From Phyllobates terribilis (taxonomy: Eukaryota), in the NCBI RefSeq assembly GCF_046119375.1, contig NW_027362761.1, positions 536,858,001 through 536,922,000 of the forward strand: 64,000 nucleotides of DNA. The letters are read 5' to 3'. Below are positions 51,377-62,876 of the stretch, piece by piece. The notes beneath the pieces are model-generated. The model did no database searches and was not told where the DNA came from. It saw only the letters and a program-made list of their open reading frames with translations. The position numbers were made by a program, and so were the translations under genes. Position 1 is the first letter of the stretch, and each line of letters opens with the position of its first letter.

Positions 51377-53900
51377 AAGATGGTGAGTGGCGCCATAATT
51401 AGTGTCACCATCCCACTTCTCTGTCTTCTGAAACGCTCTCTGCTCACAATCAAAGAGGATGCATTGCAGGCGGAGAACGATGAGATGGAGCAAGGAACCA
51501 TACAGGGTGATTACACACAGCCCAGCCTCATCTCATCCCAACGTGAATTGGGTGACAATGAGGAAGAGGAGGAGGAGGAAGAGCTAGTTTAATGCGCTAT
51601 AGATGGTACTACCTGCACAACTGTCATACCGTCTCTTCAGCATGGATGGCTTGAGGACAGGGATGGGGAAGAGAGCATGGTCAGTCGTCCTCTTGGTGAG
51701 GACATGGAAGTCTTGCCTGTTAGCAGTCTGGCACGCATGGCTTAGTTTATGTTACTCTGCATTTTCCGTGACCCTCGCATTCTCCAAATTTTGGGTGACA
51801 GTCATGACTGGTTGGTGACACTTCTAGACCCACACTACAAGGAGAACTTTCTATCTCTTATTCCCGAGGCGGACAGGTCTACAAAAATGGGGCAGTACCA
51901 GAAGGCCCCTGTTGCGGAATTATTAAAAACATTCCCATCTGAAAACTCTGGCGGCAGAGGTCACAGTTCTTCGGACAACCAAGGAGTACAGGCCAGAGAG
52001 ACACAACTCCAATCCAGCGAAGGCAGGGGAACACTGTCAAAGTTCTGGGATAGTTTTCTCAGACCCTCTCATCTTACAGGCCCTGTGGCGCGGGGTACTC
52101 TCACAGGGAGTGCAAAGTTTGGGAAAATGCTGAGGGAGTACCTTGCCGACCGTACCAATGTCCTCCGTGATTCCTCTGTGCCTTATAATTACTGGGTATC
52201 CAAGCTGGACACGTGGTATGAACTGGCTCTCTACACCTTGGAGGTCCTGGCCTGCCCAGCCTCTAGCATTTTATCAGAGCCGGTTTTTAGTGCAGCGGGT
52301 GGAATTATAACCGATAGGCATCTGCCTGTCAACTGAAAATGCTGACAGGCTGACTCTTATAAAAATGAACAAGGGCTGGATTGGGCCAGACTTCTCAACA
52401 CCACCAAATGATAGCAGCGTAACATAAACTCAAATCCAGTGTCTTTTTTTGGGAGGTCTATTCCCATGCACCTCTTCACACCTACACATGGGTATATGCT
52501 TCCTGATTTTGTCTATTTGCTCTTGTCCTCCTCCTTCTCCTCATCCTTCATCACCATATCATTGACCACCATATCTATCATATCACCTCCTCTACGTCTC
52601 TTCCAAGGGGCATTGGAGTGCCTCCAAATTTCTGGCAGCTTTTGAATTCACTGCATAGGCAAACACTATGGGAGACCCACTTGCTAATAATGGGAACATT
52701 GTTTTTAGGAGGCTGTCTGACCTCTACGTGTCTTGCAAGGGGAATTGGAGTTCCTCCAAATTTTTGGCAGCCTTGCATTCACTGCATAAGCAATAACAGT
52801 ATAGGAGACCCACTCGTTAATAATGGGAACAACAAAGCATAGCCGGCTGATGGCTCTCTAACAATAGTGAGGGCCGACTGCTAGCCCTATAAAAATAGGC
52901 TTTGTGACTTTCAGAGTTCCTCCATCATAAATGAAACAGGATGTGTCTGATGATGTGTGACACACCACATGGCCAGAAAAGGTTGTAAAATGTTAAAATG
53001 ACATTTCCCGGTGAATGCATTTGTCTTGGTTGAAAGCAATGCAAAAGTGCAAAAACGCATCAAAAACGCTACGTGTGAACATAGCCCAAGGTGTGGAGGA
53101 GCATTTTTGTTTTTGTATATTTATTTTGCCTTATATACAAGTTATTACCCTGGAAAGGATGTTCCTTAACATATTTCCCAGGAAAATCCATTTTGGTTTT
53201 GTTTTTGTATGTTTTATTGTGAGTCCGTAAACGTGGTGTAATACTCTGACAACGTTGTTGACAGAAGTGACCTGGGAGTCAGAAATGCTTCCAGGGGTCT
53301 TCCCCGTGCTGTTCCCATGTAATTTGAGCACTGTTTCCATCGATTTGGGCAATTTTTAGGCCCCCTGCAGACCGCCGGCAGGAGCCGCCTGAAAAATGCT
53401 CGAGTTTCCCATAGACTTACTGTACATTGGGCTCTTAACTCGGACCGAGCACTCGAGTATTCCAATTTTCTCGACCCGAGCATTGAGCACCTGAGCATTT
53501 TAGTGCTCGCCCATCACTAGTAATAATGTTCCCATCCTGGCCCCCATCCTGTAATAATGTCATCCATCCTGGCCCCTATCCTGTGATAATGTCCCCTGTC
53601 CTGGCCACCAAAATTTGTAATAATGTTCACTGTCCTGGGCACCTTCCTGTATTGATGTCCCCCGTCCACCCCCAATCTGTAATAATGTTCTCTGCCCTGG
53701 ACCCCGTCCTGTAATAATGACCCTTGTCCTAAGCCCCCAATCTGTAATAATGACCTAATGACCTCTGTCTGGCTCTCTTCTCCAACACATTTTAAATAAA
53801 ATAAACTATTCTTCTTACCCATGCATGCTCCAGCAGCCATGCTCCAGCAGCCAGCAGCGTCCTCTCCCTCCTTCACAGTGGGTGCAGGAGGCCAGGGCAT

Positions 53901-54185
53901 GGGCAGCACGGTGGCTCAGTGGTTAGCACTGTAGCTTTGCAGCACTGGGGTCCTGGGTTCAAATCCCACCAAGGACGACATCTGCAAGGAGTTTGTATGT
54001 TCCCTGTGTCTGCATAGGTTTCCTCCGGGTTCTCCGGTTTCCTCCCACACTCCAAAGACATCCTGATACGGAATGTATATTGTGAGCCCCAATGGGGACA
54101 GTGCCAATAATGTCTGTAAAATTGTCTGAATTGTAAAGCGCTGTGGAATATGTTGGCGCTATATTAATAAAAAGATTATTGTTAT
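53901..54185 (+). mobile_element. tRNA-derived V-SINE
   Basis: Pol III A box TGGCTCAGTGG, B box GGTTCAAATCC, V-core GGTTTCCTCCGGGTTCTCCGGTTTCCTCCCACACTCCAAAGAC and LINE-like tail TGTAAAGCGCTG...AATAAA. Confidence 0.85.
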
Positions 54186-55823
54186 ATGACATTGATGACA
54201 TGTGCCACCTGCAGCAGGCATGCCGACATCAGCTGCCGTTCCCTGATTGACAATACATTTCAACTGAATGTACAGTACTTCTGAGGACACATACTCAGCT
54301 GAAAACAGCACTGGTGTCAGCGGGTCCCCTGACACTATGGGTGTGGTCACGGTTGCACTCACTGCGACCTCAATCATTACTCCCCTGTCTTCAGCGCTCA
54401 TCTGCTCACTGCCTCAACCCTGAAGAGACCACATATCGCTGACTTTCCATTCGAGGCTAAAACAGAAAGCTTCAGACGGAAAGTCACAGGATGTCCTGGA
54501 GAGAAGATCGTATCAGTCTAGTAATAAATTGTATTTAGAAATGTGTTAATGTGGCACCCCTGAGGGTTCTACCGCCACAGGGATGCTGCACCTCTTTAAT
54601 GGGGTGTAGTGTTCCTCCTCTGAGGTAAGAACAGTGCGATTGTCAGGACCCTTCCTTCACATCCAACACCACACTTCTCCCACCAGAGGGGGCTAATAGG
54701 CACTAGGTGCTGCCCCTACTGGAAATTGGGAAACTGGGGAACCAAGAGATAGGGGAACCAATTAGTGGGTGAGGGTGGAGGACTCACATTTTAGTGACAC
54801 TTTAAAATTTGATATTTAATACAAAGCCATTTTGGTTCTGGGTCTCTTGTATTGTGATCTCCCACGCTGATCCTGTGTGGACCTGCAGCGGAGGGAGACA
54901 CGGCCCTCGTACCCTGGCCTTGGGTCGAGGGGCAGGTTGCAGATGATGTATGTCTCAGCCCGGTCAAGGACCATGACCAAGAAGGCCCGGAGCTCAAGAG
55001 TGTAGCTCCACCGCAAATGGATCCCAGGGGGATGCAGACGGAGCGGTATACGCCACCTGTCCTCGCTATGCTGATCTATTCAGAGGGATTCCGGCTGCAA
55101 GAGGGGTACCGGCCCCCGACACCTGACCTTGCTACTCCACGTCCTGGTCAGGGAAGTCCGGTAGGCCCTGAGGATCCCACCGGGTAACGGAAGGAGCAGA
55201 GCTGCCACCCGAACCCTTTTTCTGAGTGAAGTTCAGAGGGAGACCCGGCCTATCTACACACACACACAGACAGGAAAGTACCCGGTCTGAAGTCTAGGAA
55301 CACTCTGGTGCGGGGTCCTGATTGAACACTGGACTGGCTCAGAGGTTGTCGGACCCCCCCGTCTCTGGTGACCGCAGAACTCCGCGAGGAGCTGGGAGAA
55401 GCCTTTCAACTGCAATCTCCACCGTGAGTAAAGCCTTGGAAGTTCACCCCTATGGCCTCCGGACTCTTTATTCTGCGCTACACCGCAACACGCAGTACCA
55501 GACCACCTGGACTACTACCCCCCCTCAATCCAGTCTCGCTGCCCTGAGGCCCTGCTCCGCCTGTGGGGAGCAGTAACAACTTCGGCTGCCATAACACCAT
55601 GCCTCGGCGGACTGCAGCAGCGCTGGTGGCCCTCACCAGGTGCCACAGGTGGCGTAGTCGTAATCAGCCACTCAACCCGGATAAGCCCACACCATCCTTT
55701 TTAATATGACGGCCCTGGGCATGGAGCGGGTCCGGGCCACAGCTGCACCCCATCTCTCCATCACAGGACCCGACCCGAGTCCCCCATCCGGGGCTTACAG
55801 AAGGCTTTGAGGCGTCACACAAA

Positions 55824-55841
55824 TGGCGTAGTCGGCAGGAT
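55824..55841 (+). promoter_or_regulatory. Primer binding site, tRNA-Ser
   Basis: TGGCGTAGTCGGCAGGAT, 4 nt after the LTR end. Confidence 0.92.
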
Positions 55842-56175
55842 CGCGTGCCCGCAGCAAAGGAATGAATTACCCATTGCTACCGGGTACTGTGTGCCTTACA
55901 CCTTGGACTGTCGTTTCCACTTAAAATGGCACCCACCCAAGAAGACGGTCTTCTAACACCTCCTATCGTGGGCCAGGCTCCCACATGGCGCCAAAAGTGT
56001 GGAATGCCCCTTCCATCAGAGACTGTCCGCGGGGTAATGCCCGTCAAAATGGATGGGCTGAACGAAGGCGTGCCTGTCAGCATACCGCCCTGGAGCCGCC
56101 CCGAAAGAGGAGGGAAAAAGAAAACAACAAGGTGCGGCCATAGGAGTTGGAGTTTGGCGACCATCAGGAGCGGAC

Positions 56176-57265
56176 ATGGACACTGCTGGAGCGCAACAAA
56201 CGGAATCTTCCGAACCCGGCCCAGGATCTTCTCTCGGCAGGGAGCGAAGCGGCAGGATCCTTACAGCGGGAGATATTGAATTTCTCCACCAGGAAGCCCC
56301 GAGTCTTGTACGGAGACTGGATGAGGCCCAGAAGGCGGCATCTGCTGCGTGGCGGGAAGAAATGCTGCTGCGCATCCGGGCCCGCCGCCAAGGAGCCGAA
56401 GCTCAGGAGGAAGCGGTGACAGAGGTCGCGAGCAGCCCAGAGGCGGGTGAGTGTGCTACCCCTGCCCCGGCTGCTGAGCCTACCATTCCCATGCTGGACC
56501 TCATGGCTGAATATCTCCTGCCCAGCGCGGTCACCTGGGAGCAGGTCTTTGCTCCGGAGCTGCAAGCATCAGCTATAGGTGGGGACCTGCGCTGCCGCCC
56601 AACTCCCGAATCGGAAGCGCCTGAGGCTGCTGGGGTATCCACCGACCCCAACCCGGACTTGTCCACACTTACGGAGGACCCGCAGCAACCCCTAATGACA
56701 CCGCTACCCGCACCAACAGTCACCTGGCCGGAGGATGAGGAGTGGGCCTGGGACAACCAGGGGGGGGGACCTGATGGGCTTCCCCCGGGAGACCCGGGCT
56801 GAAGTGCAGAGGAGGAGTGAGCGGTGCCGTGAGCAGATCCTCCAGCTCACTCGGGAGCAACGCCAAAGGGAGGTCCGCTGCGAGCGCCTCAAGGTGCGGG
56901 CCAAGGCTGCTAAGTCCCGGGTCCGACAAGAAGAGGCAACCTGTCCCAGTCCCCGTGTGGAAGGGCAAGTCGTCCGCTTCCACCATGAGGCGGGGTGGGG
57001 GTTCATCAGGAGTCCCCATTACCAAGACGACGTCTTTGTCAGCAGGCGGGACGTCGAGCCGCGTTTGAAGAAGGGACACCCTGGCCGGAACCTCTTCCCG
57101 GGTGACGTAGTTACCTACACCCGCCACCACGGGGTGCGAGGGTGGTACGCCCTGGACGTCCACAAGGTGTCCGGGAGCGATGCCCCCTCGCGCTCACCCT
57201 TAGAGGACCGGTCAGCCCCCGTCGGGAGGAATGAGCCTTTTCCCCGGAGGAGGCCCGAGAATTAA
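56176..57265 (+). CDS. Coiled-coil / Pro-acidic linker / cold-shock-domain protein (~362 aa if one G in the 56760-56768 run is removed; two overlapping ORFs as assembled)
   Basis: 56957-57169 encodes VEGQVVRFHHEAGWGFIRSPHYQDDVFVSRRDV...RNLFPGDVVTYTRHHGVRGWYALDVHKV, with RNP1-like GWGFI and RNP2-like VFV at CspA/Y-box spacing. Domain call made by eye. Confidence 0.8.
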
Positions 57266-60200
57266 GCAGCCCCGGCAGCTAAAACTTGTTTAAAGTTAAA
57301 ATGTTTATGTTTATGTTTAATTTGCTCTCCCCGGTTTCTAGAGACATTTGTCCCTGCGGACTTGCAGCAGACAGACTCCAACCCTGTAAATAGTTTGCAT
57401 CTCTTTAGGTGCTCCTTATTGGTTTTATGTAAAACCGCGGCTACTTCTACCTCAGACCTCAGAAGAAAAACCCATCTGGAGGTCCAACTCGGGATCTTCA
57501 TGCCCTGAAGCCACCCCAGGGCCTACGTTGGGGGTTTGGGACAGGTCCCTCGTGCTTCTGAACTGCCTTTTAGTCCTTGCACTTTAACCCGTCTGTCTGT
57601 GCATAAATGTCTCTGGATAATTATTGTACTTTTATATTTTATGCTGTCTGAAACATTAAAGAAGAAGTGCCTCCCATAAAGGGAAGATTGTTTGCTGTTA
57701 TATATAAAAAAAAATAAAAAAAAACTGTACCAGGTATTGCTCTTTTGCAGCCCGCGGACGTGCTGTGTTTCACCAGGGGGGAATGTGGCGCCCCTGAGGG
57801 TTCGACCGCCACAGGGATGCTGCACCTCTTTAATGGGGTGTAGTGTTCCTCCTCTGAGGTAAGAACAGTGCAATGGTCAGGACCCTTCCTTCACATCCAA
57901 CACCACACTTCTCCCACCAGAGGGGGCTAATAGGCACTAGGTGCTGCCCCTACTGGAAATTGGGAAACTGGGGAACCAAGAGATAGGGGAACCAATTAGT
58001 GGGTGAGGGTGGAGGACTCACATTTTAGTGACACTTTAAAATTTGATATTTAATACAAAGCCATTTGGTTCTAGGTCTCTTGTATTGTGATCTCCCACAC
58101 TGAACGTGGATCCTGTGTGGACCTGCAGCGGAGGGAGACACGGCCCTCGTACCCTGGCCTTGGGTCGAGGGGCAGGTTGCAGATGATGTATGCCTCAGCC
58201 CGGTCAAGGACCATGACCAAGAAGGCCCGGAGCTCAGGAGTGTAGCTCCACCACAAATGGATCCCAGGGGGATGCAGACGGAGCGGTATACGCCACCTGT
58301 CCTCGCTATGCTGATCTATTCAGAGGGATTCCGGCTGCAAGAGGGGTACCGGCCCCCGACACCTGACCTTGCTACTCCACGTCCTGGTCAGGGAAGTCCG
58401 GTAGGCCCTGAGGATCCCACCGGGTAATGGAAGGAGCGGAGCTGCCACCCGAACCCTTTTTCTGAGTGAAGTTCAGAGGGAGACCCGACCTATCTACACA
58501 CACACAGACAGGAAAGTACCCGGTCTGAAGTCTAGGAACACTCTGGTGCGGGGTCCTGATTGAACACTGGACTGGCTCAGAGGTTGTCGGACCCCCCCGT
58601 CTCTGGTGACCGCAGAACTCCGCGAGGAGCAGGGAGAAGCCTTTCAACTGCAATCTCCACCGTGAGTAAAAACCCTGGAAGTTCACCCCTATGGCCTCCG
58701 GACTCTTTATTCTGCATTACACCGCACTATTCAGCACCAGAACTCCTATACTACAACCCCCTCCATCCTGTCTCTCTGCCCTCAGGCCCTGCTCCGCCTG
58801 TGGGGAGTAGTAACAACGACGGCTGCCATAACACCCTGCCTCAGCGGACTGCAGCGGCGCTGGTGGCCTTCACCAGGTGCCACAGGTGGCGTAGTCGAGA
58901 TCAGCCACTCAACCCGGATAAGCTCGTACCATCCCTTTTTAATGTGACGGCCCTGGGCATGGAGCGGGTCCGGGCCACAGCTGCACCCCATCGACAACAT
59001 CGGACCCGGCTCCGAGTCCCCCATCTCCCAGGGTAGGGCTTTCAAGTGTCACACATTTCATTTAAAGATATTTATTAGGTGTCAGGAGACAAGGGAATCT
59101 GAGAGCAGCATACTGTACAGAGACCCTGATTCCGTGATGTGTCACTTGCTGGGCTGCTTGCTGTAGTTTTGATGGGCCCACTATTGTTGACTTTTGGCTT
59201 TGATATATTACATTTTCTATGGGATGATGAGAATTCCTGCTTGGAATGTTGTAATAGCAGAAAGTGGACCCACATGATTGCTGGATCTTCTAAGCTAAGT
59301 TCCTTGTCTGCGCATTATATATTGTGTGGTTCATAAATGATTGCTACATTTAGCCAGGACTCGCCACAATTAAATCCCTGGTGACATAGGGCCCTTGATA
59401 TCATACACAGCAGTGCAGCAGAAGATCGCAGTGACCTGATATCACATTCCCGGCCCCCTCCAGGCCGCTGCTTATTCATCTATCGTTTTAATTCCAAGAC
59501 TCTGTACATCCTGATCTCCATGTTCAAGGGGCTCAGAGTAATCGCACTGCCTGTACTGCAACATGGCCACGTTATGTATTTAAATTGAACATATAATCCT
59601 TAGGGCCCCCTCCCACCGACCTCATTATTAAGGCATTGTTGTAGTGTTCATAGAAGACTGAAATCTGTACCATCAGCCTGGACTTACACTGAAGGAAAGG
59701 ACCCCAGTATCTCCATGCTCCGGTAAAGAAATCGGGAGATGTGGATGAGATGACGGGGTTAAACAGGATAGTTCAGTCCCAGAAAATCAAATAGATATTG
59801 GATTCCTGTCCATACCTCAATAATGGACTGAAGGCTCCTCTCTGATGATGTCCTGTCCGCCTTAATAAAATAACCAAAGCCCTGTGTAAGCGCAGAAATT
59901 CTGGGTTGTGCTTCCCGCATTCCAGATTTCCTCGTATAAATGCCAGGGGTGCAGCTATATAGACCTACAGGAGCTTTAAAAACATCTCTTTCCAAATCCT
60001 TAGGCATCATAGGGTTTTTTCCAGAGCTTAAAGTTGTTGCGTGTATAGTGCGCGCTCTGAGGATTCTTAAGTGCCGGTATCTGGAGCGGGCAGTCATATG
60101 CCTGCAAGTATGTAAGCTCCCGGCCACATTCCGACTAGACTGTTTCCGGTCTTGCTCAATATACTTGCATTGAACGAGGCCACGTACATCTAGTCAGAAT

Positions 60201-61883
60201 GTGACCAGGAGCATGCATATCGAACACTTACGCTGGCACAGGAGAATCCTCATATCACTGCACGCTATGTGAGGATTCACATGTCTGCAGTCACATAGAC
60301 AACCCCTTTAACAATTGATGATCTGTCCATTTGATTGGTTATCAATATGAGGTAATTTGTGGCCTGACACCCAGTACCCCACCCTATCTTCTAAATTCTG
60401 CCCTGGCAGCGGCCCTATGCATTGCTCAGTGGCTGATACCGAGTACTTACTTTATCTCCCATTCAAGTGTGGCTCATTGTGGAGTGTATGTGTGTCACCC
60501 CAGGCCTGGATGCCACAAATATTAAAGGCTGTGTCTGAGAGCAGGAGGGAGGTTCCCTGGTCAGGGACAATTAGCATACAGCACCTCCTGTCCCAGGCCA
60601 GTAGGGGAAACTGGCTGCCCCTATAAAAGCTGGAACTGAGGGCAGGGTTAGGGAGAACTTTACGACCTAGCTCAGGACTGAGACTAGTCCCAGAGAAGGA
60701 GGGACAGTTCAGCTGTAGCCAAGGAGTCCGTGAGGCAGAGGAGAAGCTGCGAGCCAGGGACAGAGGCGACGAGAGCCGGTCCTGGCTGAGAGAACTACAC
60801 TACCGGGCATTGGGGTCCGAGGCTGTCAGGGATGTAAGCCCAGCAGCAGAGAACCAACCCGCGAGGGATTTCAGGTCCCTTGGCCTAAGAAGCCTGGAGG
60901 TTCCGCCACACAGAGGGACCAGTAGAGCAAGGAGAAGCCACAGGTACCTAAGGCCCGAGTCGCAAGCCATACAGGCGAAGTACACGGCCAGCTCAGGGAC
61001 GTGGGCTATTACACCACGAAAAGGGGGATAGTCAGCAAGGGCAGAGAGAGAACGGTAGGCCTTCACACTCACCCTGACCAGTGTGGCTCGCCCGAATGCT
61101 CTCAGACACCCAGGCCCATTCCTACCCGGTACTCCTGTTGGCTCAATAGTAATACCTACAATAAAGACCCTGGACTGTTTGAAGCGGACTCTGAACTCTC
61201 ATTACTGCGGCCTGCACTATCACCCCCAGCATTCACATACGCTTCCGTGAGGCTACACTCGTCCCGTTGGGAGTTATCCGACCCCTGTGCTGCACACCAA
61301 CATCAGCCTCAGTGGTCTGCCTTGCAGCGGCGGTCATCCCTGACCGCAATTCACGGGTGGCGTAGTCGGACATTCATAACTCTACAAATAGACTGCCACA
61401 GCATTTGGTCTGACCACCCTGAGCCACGGAATCGGGTTGCCACTACTACCCCCATCATCGCATAGAAGCCCAGTTCCGGGTGCCCCACGGCCCAGGGGGC
61501 GAGTCAGCTTTGGCATAGTCGGCAGGATTGTGACCAACCCGCCACAAACGGGTATTGCGTGCCTGAAAAAGACTTTATACTTACCTGAGTGAAGTTTCCC
61601 GCCATTCGGGGCAGTTTCCCGCCATTCGGAGCCGTTTCCCGCCATCGGGCACCATCTTCGGGACGCCGCGCGGGAAGAAGAGGGGCGTGGACGTCCAAAC
61701 CGCGCGAGACCTGAAGCGCCACCCTACGCACCGACGCTGCGCAAGGTCCTGGAAGGAGAGAGAGCGACGCTGACGTCACCAGGACGCGACGCAAGGTCCT
61801 CGCCCGGAGCAGCACCAGCGGAGCCGCAGCCTACGGAAGAGGATCAACGGAAGGTAGGCCACGGTTAACTAGGGGGGAGGAAG

Positions 61884-62876
61884 ATGTCGGAAGCGGAGGC
61901 CCCCTCTACCACCAGCGTGGCTGCAGCAGCGGTGATGCCGTTCTCCATGCCCTACATCCCCGAAGCGGCCTGGCTGCCCCAATACTCAGGGGAATCCCAT
62001 ACATTAACTGACTTTAAGGAAAGACTGCACAGTTTATTTAAAGTTTATTCCCTGACAGAAGAACAGAAAGTGAGCATTCTGACGGGGCAGCCAACTGGTG
62101 CAGCCCAGCGGGAAGTGAAATCATGGTCAGATGAGGAGAAAAGGACTGTAAAGGACATTCTGACCTGGCTGCGGGGTACCTTTGACACCCGTACCTCAGC
62201 AGAAATCAAAATGCGGTTCTATGGCTGTAAGCAGCGAGCCCAAGATAGTATCAGAGACCATGCCTTGAACCTGCAAGAAGCTCTGGGAGCAATCAAACTA
62301 GCTGACCCTGGCAGCGTGCAGGATACCGATAAACTGTTGACTGATCAGTTCATAGAAGGTCTGCTGTCCAGCGCCCACAGAACCCAGCTGATCCTCATGG
62401 CCCTACAGAACCCCGATTTGACTTTTGCACAATTCAAGGATAGGGCCATCCAGGTGCTCCAAGAACCCGCACCAGGTGGCGCTGTAGCTTCCCGGCGCCC
62501 TGCCATCACTTACCACCAGGAGGCGGCGCCCTACCCCGCAGACCTTGTGGGGGCTGATGCGCAGGCCCTAAACCCATCCCCTCCTGCAAACCTGCACCAT
62601 CAGGTCCAGGAACTAACAAAGAGTGTTGCTGCATTGACCAGGACCGTACAGTCGTTACAGATGGACCCGTCAGGACCAATCAAGCTGGCTTCCAGTCCGG
62701 AGGATGTCCCATGGCGTCGACGGAGGAGGATCCCGCTGTTCAGAGGGAAGCCCGCCGATCGTTACACTGAGGATGGACAGCCGATTTGCCGCCGTTGCAG
62801 CCAGCCGGGACTCGTAGCCAGGTACTGTACTTTAAATGGGTCCGACCTGGGGCAGTGGGCCAATCCCCAGGCATAA
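61884..62876 (+). CDS. gag: Gag (PNMA/retrotrans_gag-like), 330 aa, with degenerate zinc knuckle
   Basis: Follows PBS and leader; contains QFIEGL and C-terminal CRRCSQPGLVARYC (His position is Leu). Confidence 0.88.
   Translation: MSEAEAPSTTSVAAAAVMPFSMPYIPEAAWLPQYSGESHTLTDFKERLHSLFKVYSLTEEQKVSILTGQPTGAAQREVKSWSDEEKRTVKDILTWLRGTFDTRTSAEIKMRFYGCKQRAQDSIRDHALNLQEALGAIKLADPGSVQDTDKLLTDQFIEGLLSSAHRTQLILMALQNPDLTFAQFKDRAIQVLQEPAPGGAVASRRPAITYHQEAAPYPADLVGADAQALNPSPPANLHHQVQELTKSVAALTRTVQSLQMDPSGPIKLASSPEDVPWRRRRRIPLFRGKPADRYTEDGQPICRRCSQPGLVARYCTLNGSDLGQWANPQA

Larger units (their letters stand above)
45750..52430 (+). pseudogene. hAT (ZBED-like) transposase pseudogene, multiply frameshifted and split by a solo LTR and a CR1
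   Basis: BED finger (AICTTC...MIRHMAAKHP), KVHLT-D, CDNG, CLAHVLNLVV and hATC domain (LACPASSILSEPVFSAAG). The frame reads ...DIC|TILQNSEDSTK|MVSG... across the two insertions. Confidence 0.9.
44898..53519 (+). mobile_element. Decayed, formerly autonomous hAT transposon; left terminus missing
   Basis: Right end GTGCTCGCCCATCACTA with (G/T)GCTCG subterminal repeats at both ends; transposase remnants inside; no matching left TIR or TSD. Confidence 0.82.
43333..54387. mobile_element. Third minisatellite-bearing hAT MITE, hosting a decayed hAT transposon and a SINE
   Basis: Left end CAGTGCCGTAACTA; putative right end CATTACTCCCCTG; flanks TCTGTAGC / TCTTCAGC (6/8). Its minisatellite resumes at 53520 after the nested hAT. 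Confidence 0.55.
54550..59053 (+). mobile_element. LTR element (family D; LTRs 54550-55819 and 57784-59053) lacking gag/pol and carrying a cold-shock-domain ORF
   Basis: Two 1270-bp TG..CA LTRs, tRNA-Ser PBS, PPT (CCAGGGGGGAA before 57784) and a 1964-bp internal region. No matching TSD (TTAA vs CATT). Confidence 0.92.

Noticed and set aside
53901-53975. tRNA gene-like A and B boxes
   Set aside because: No complete cloverleaf; it continues into a V-core and LINE-like tail, so it is a SINE head.
55926-56279. 117-aa ORF in the leader of the CSD element as a gag remnant
   Set aside because: No similarity to the gag at 61884 or 7660; it looks like chance openness of a GC-rich leader.
56957-57169. 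Bacterial cspA contamination or a host YBX/LIN28 gene
   Set aside because: The domain is fused to a long non-bacterial N-terminus, lies between LTRs with PBS and PPT, and lacks the near-invariant Y-box sequence and the LIN28 CCHC knuckles; no host gene symbol assigned.
59759-60173. 122-aa (minus) and 77-aa (plus) ORFs in unique-looking DNA
   Set aside because: No motif, no clear splice context, and the lengths are compatible with chance.
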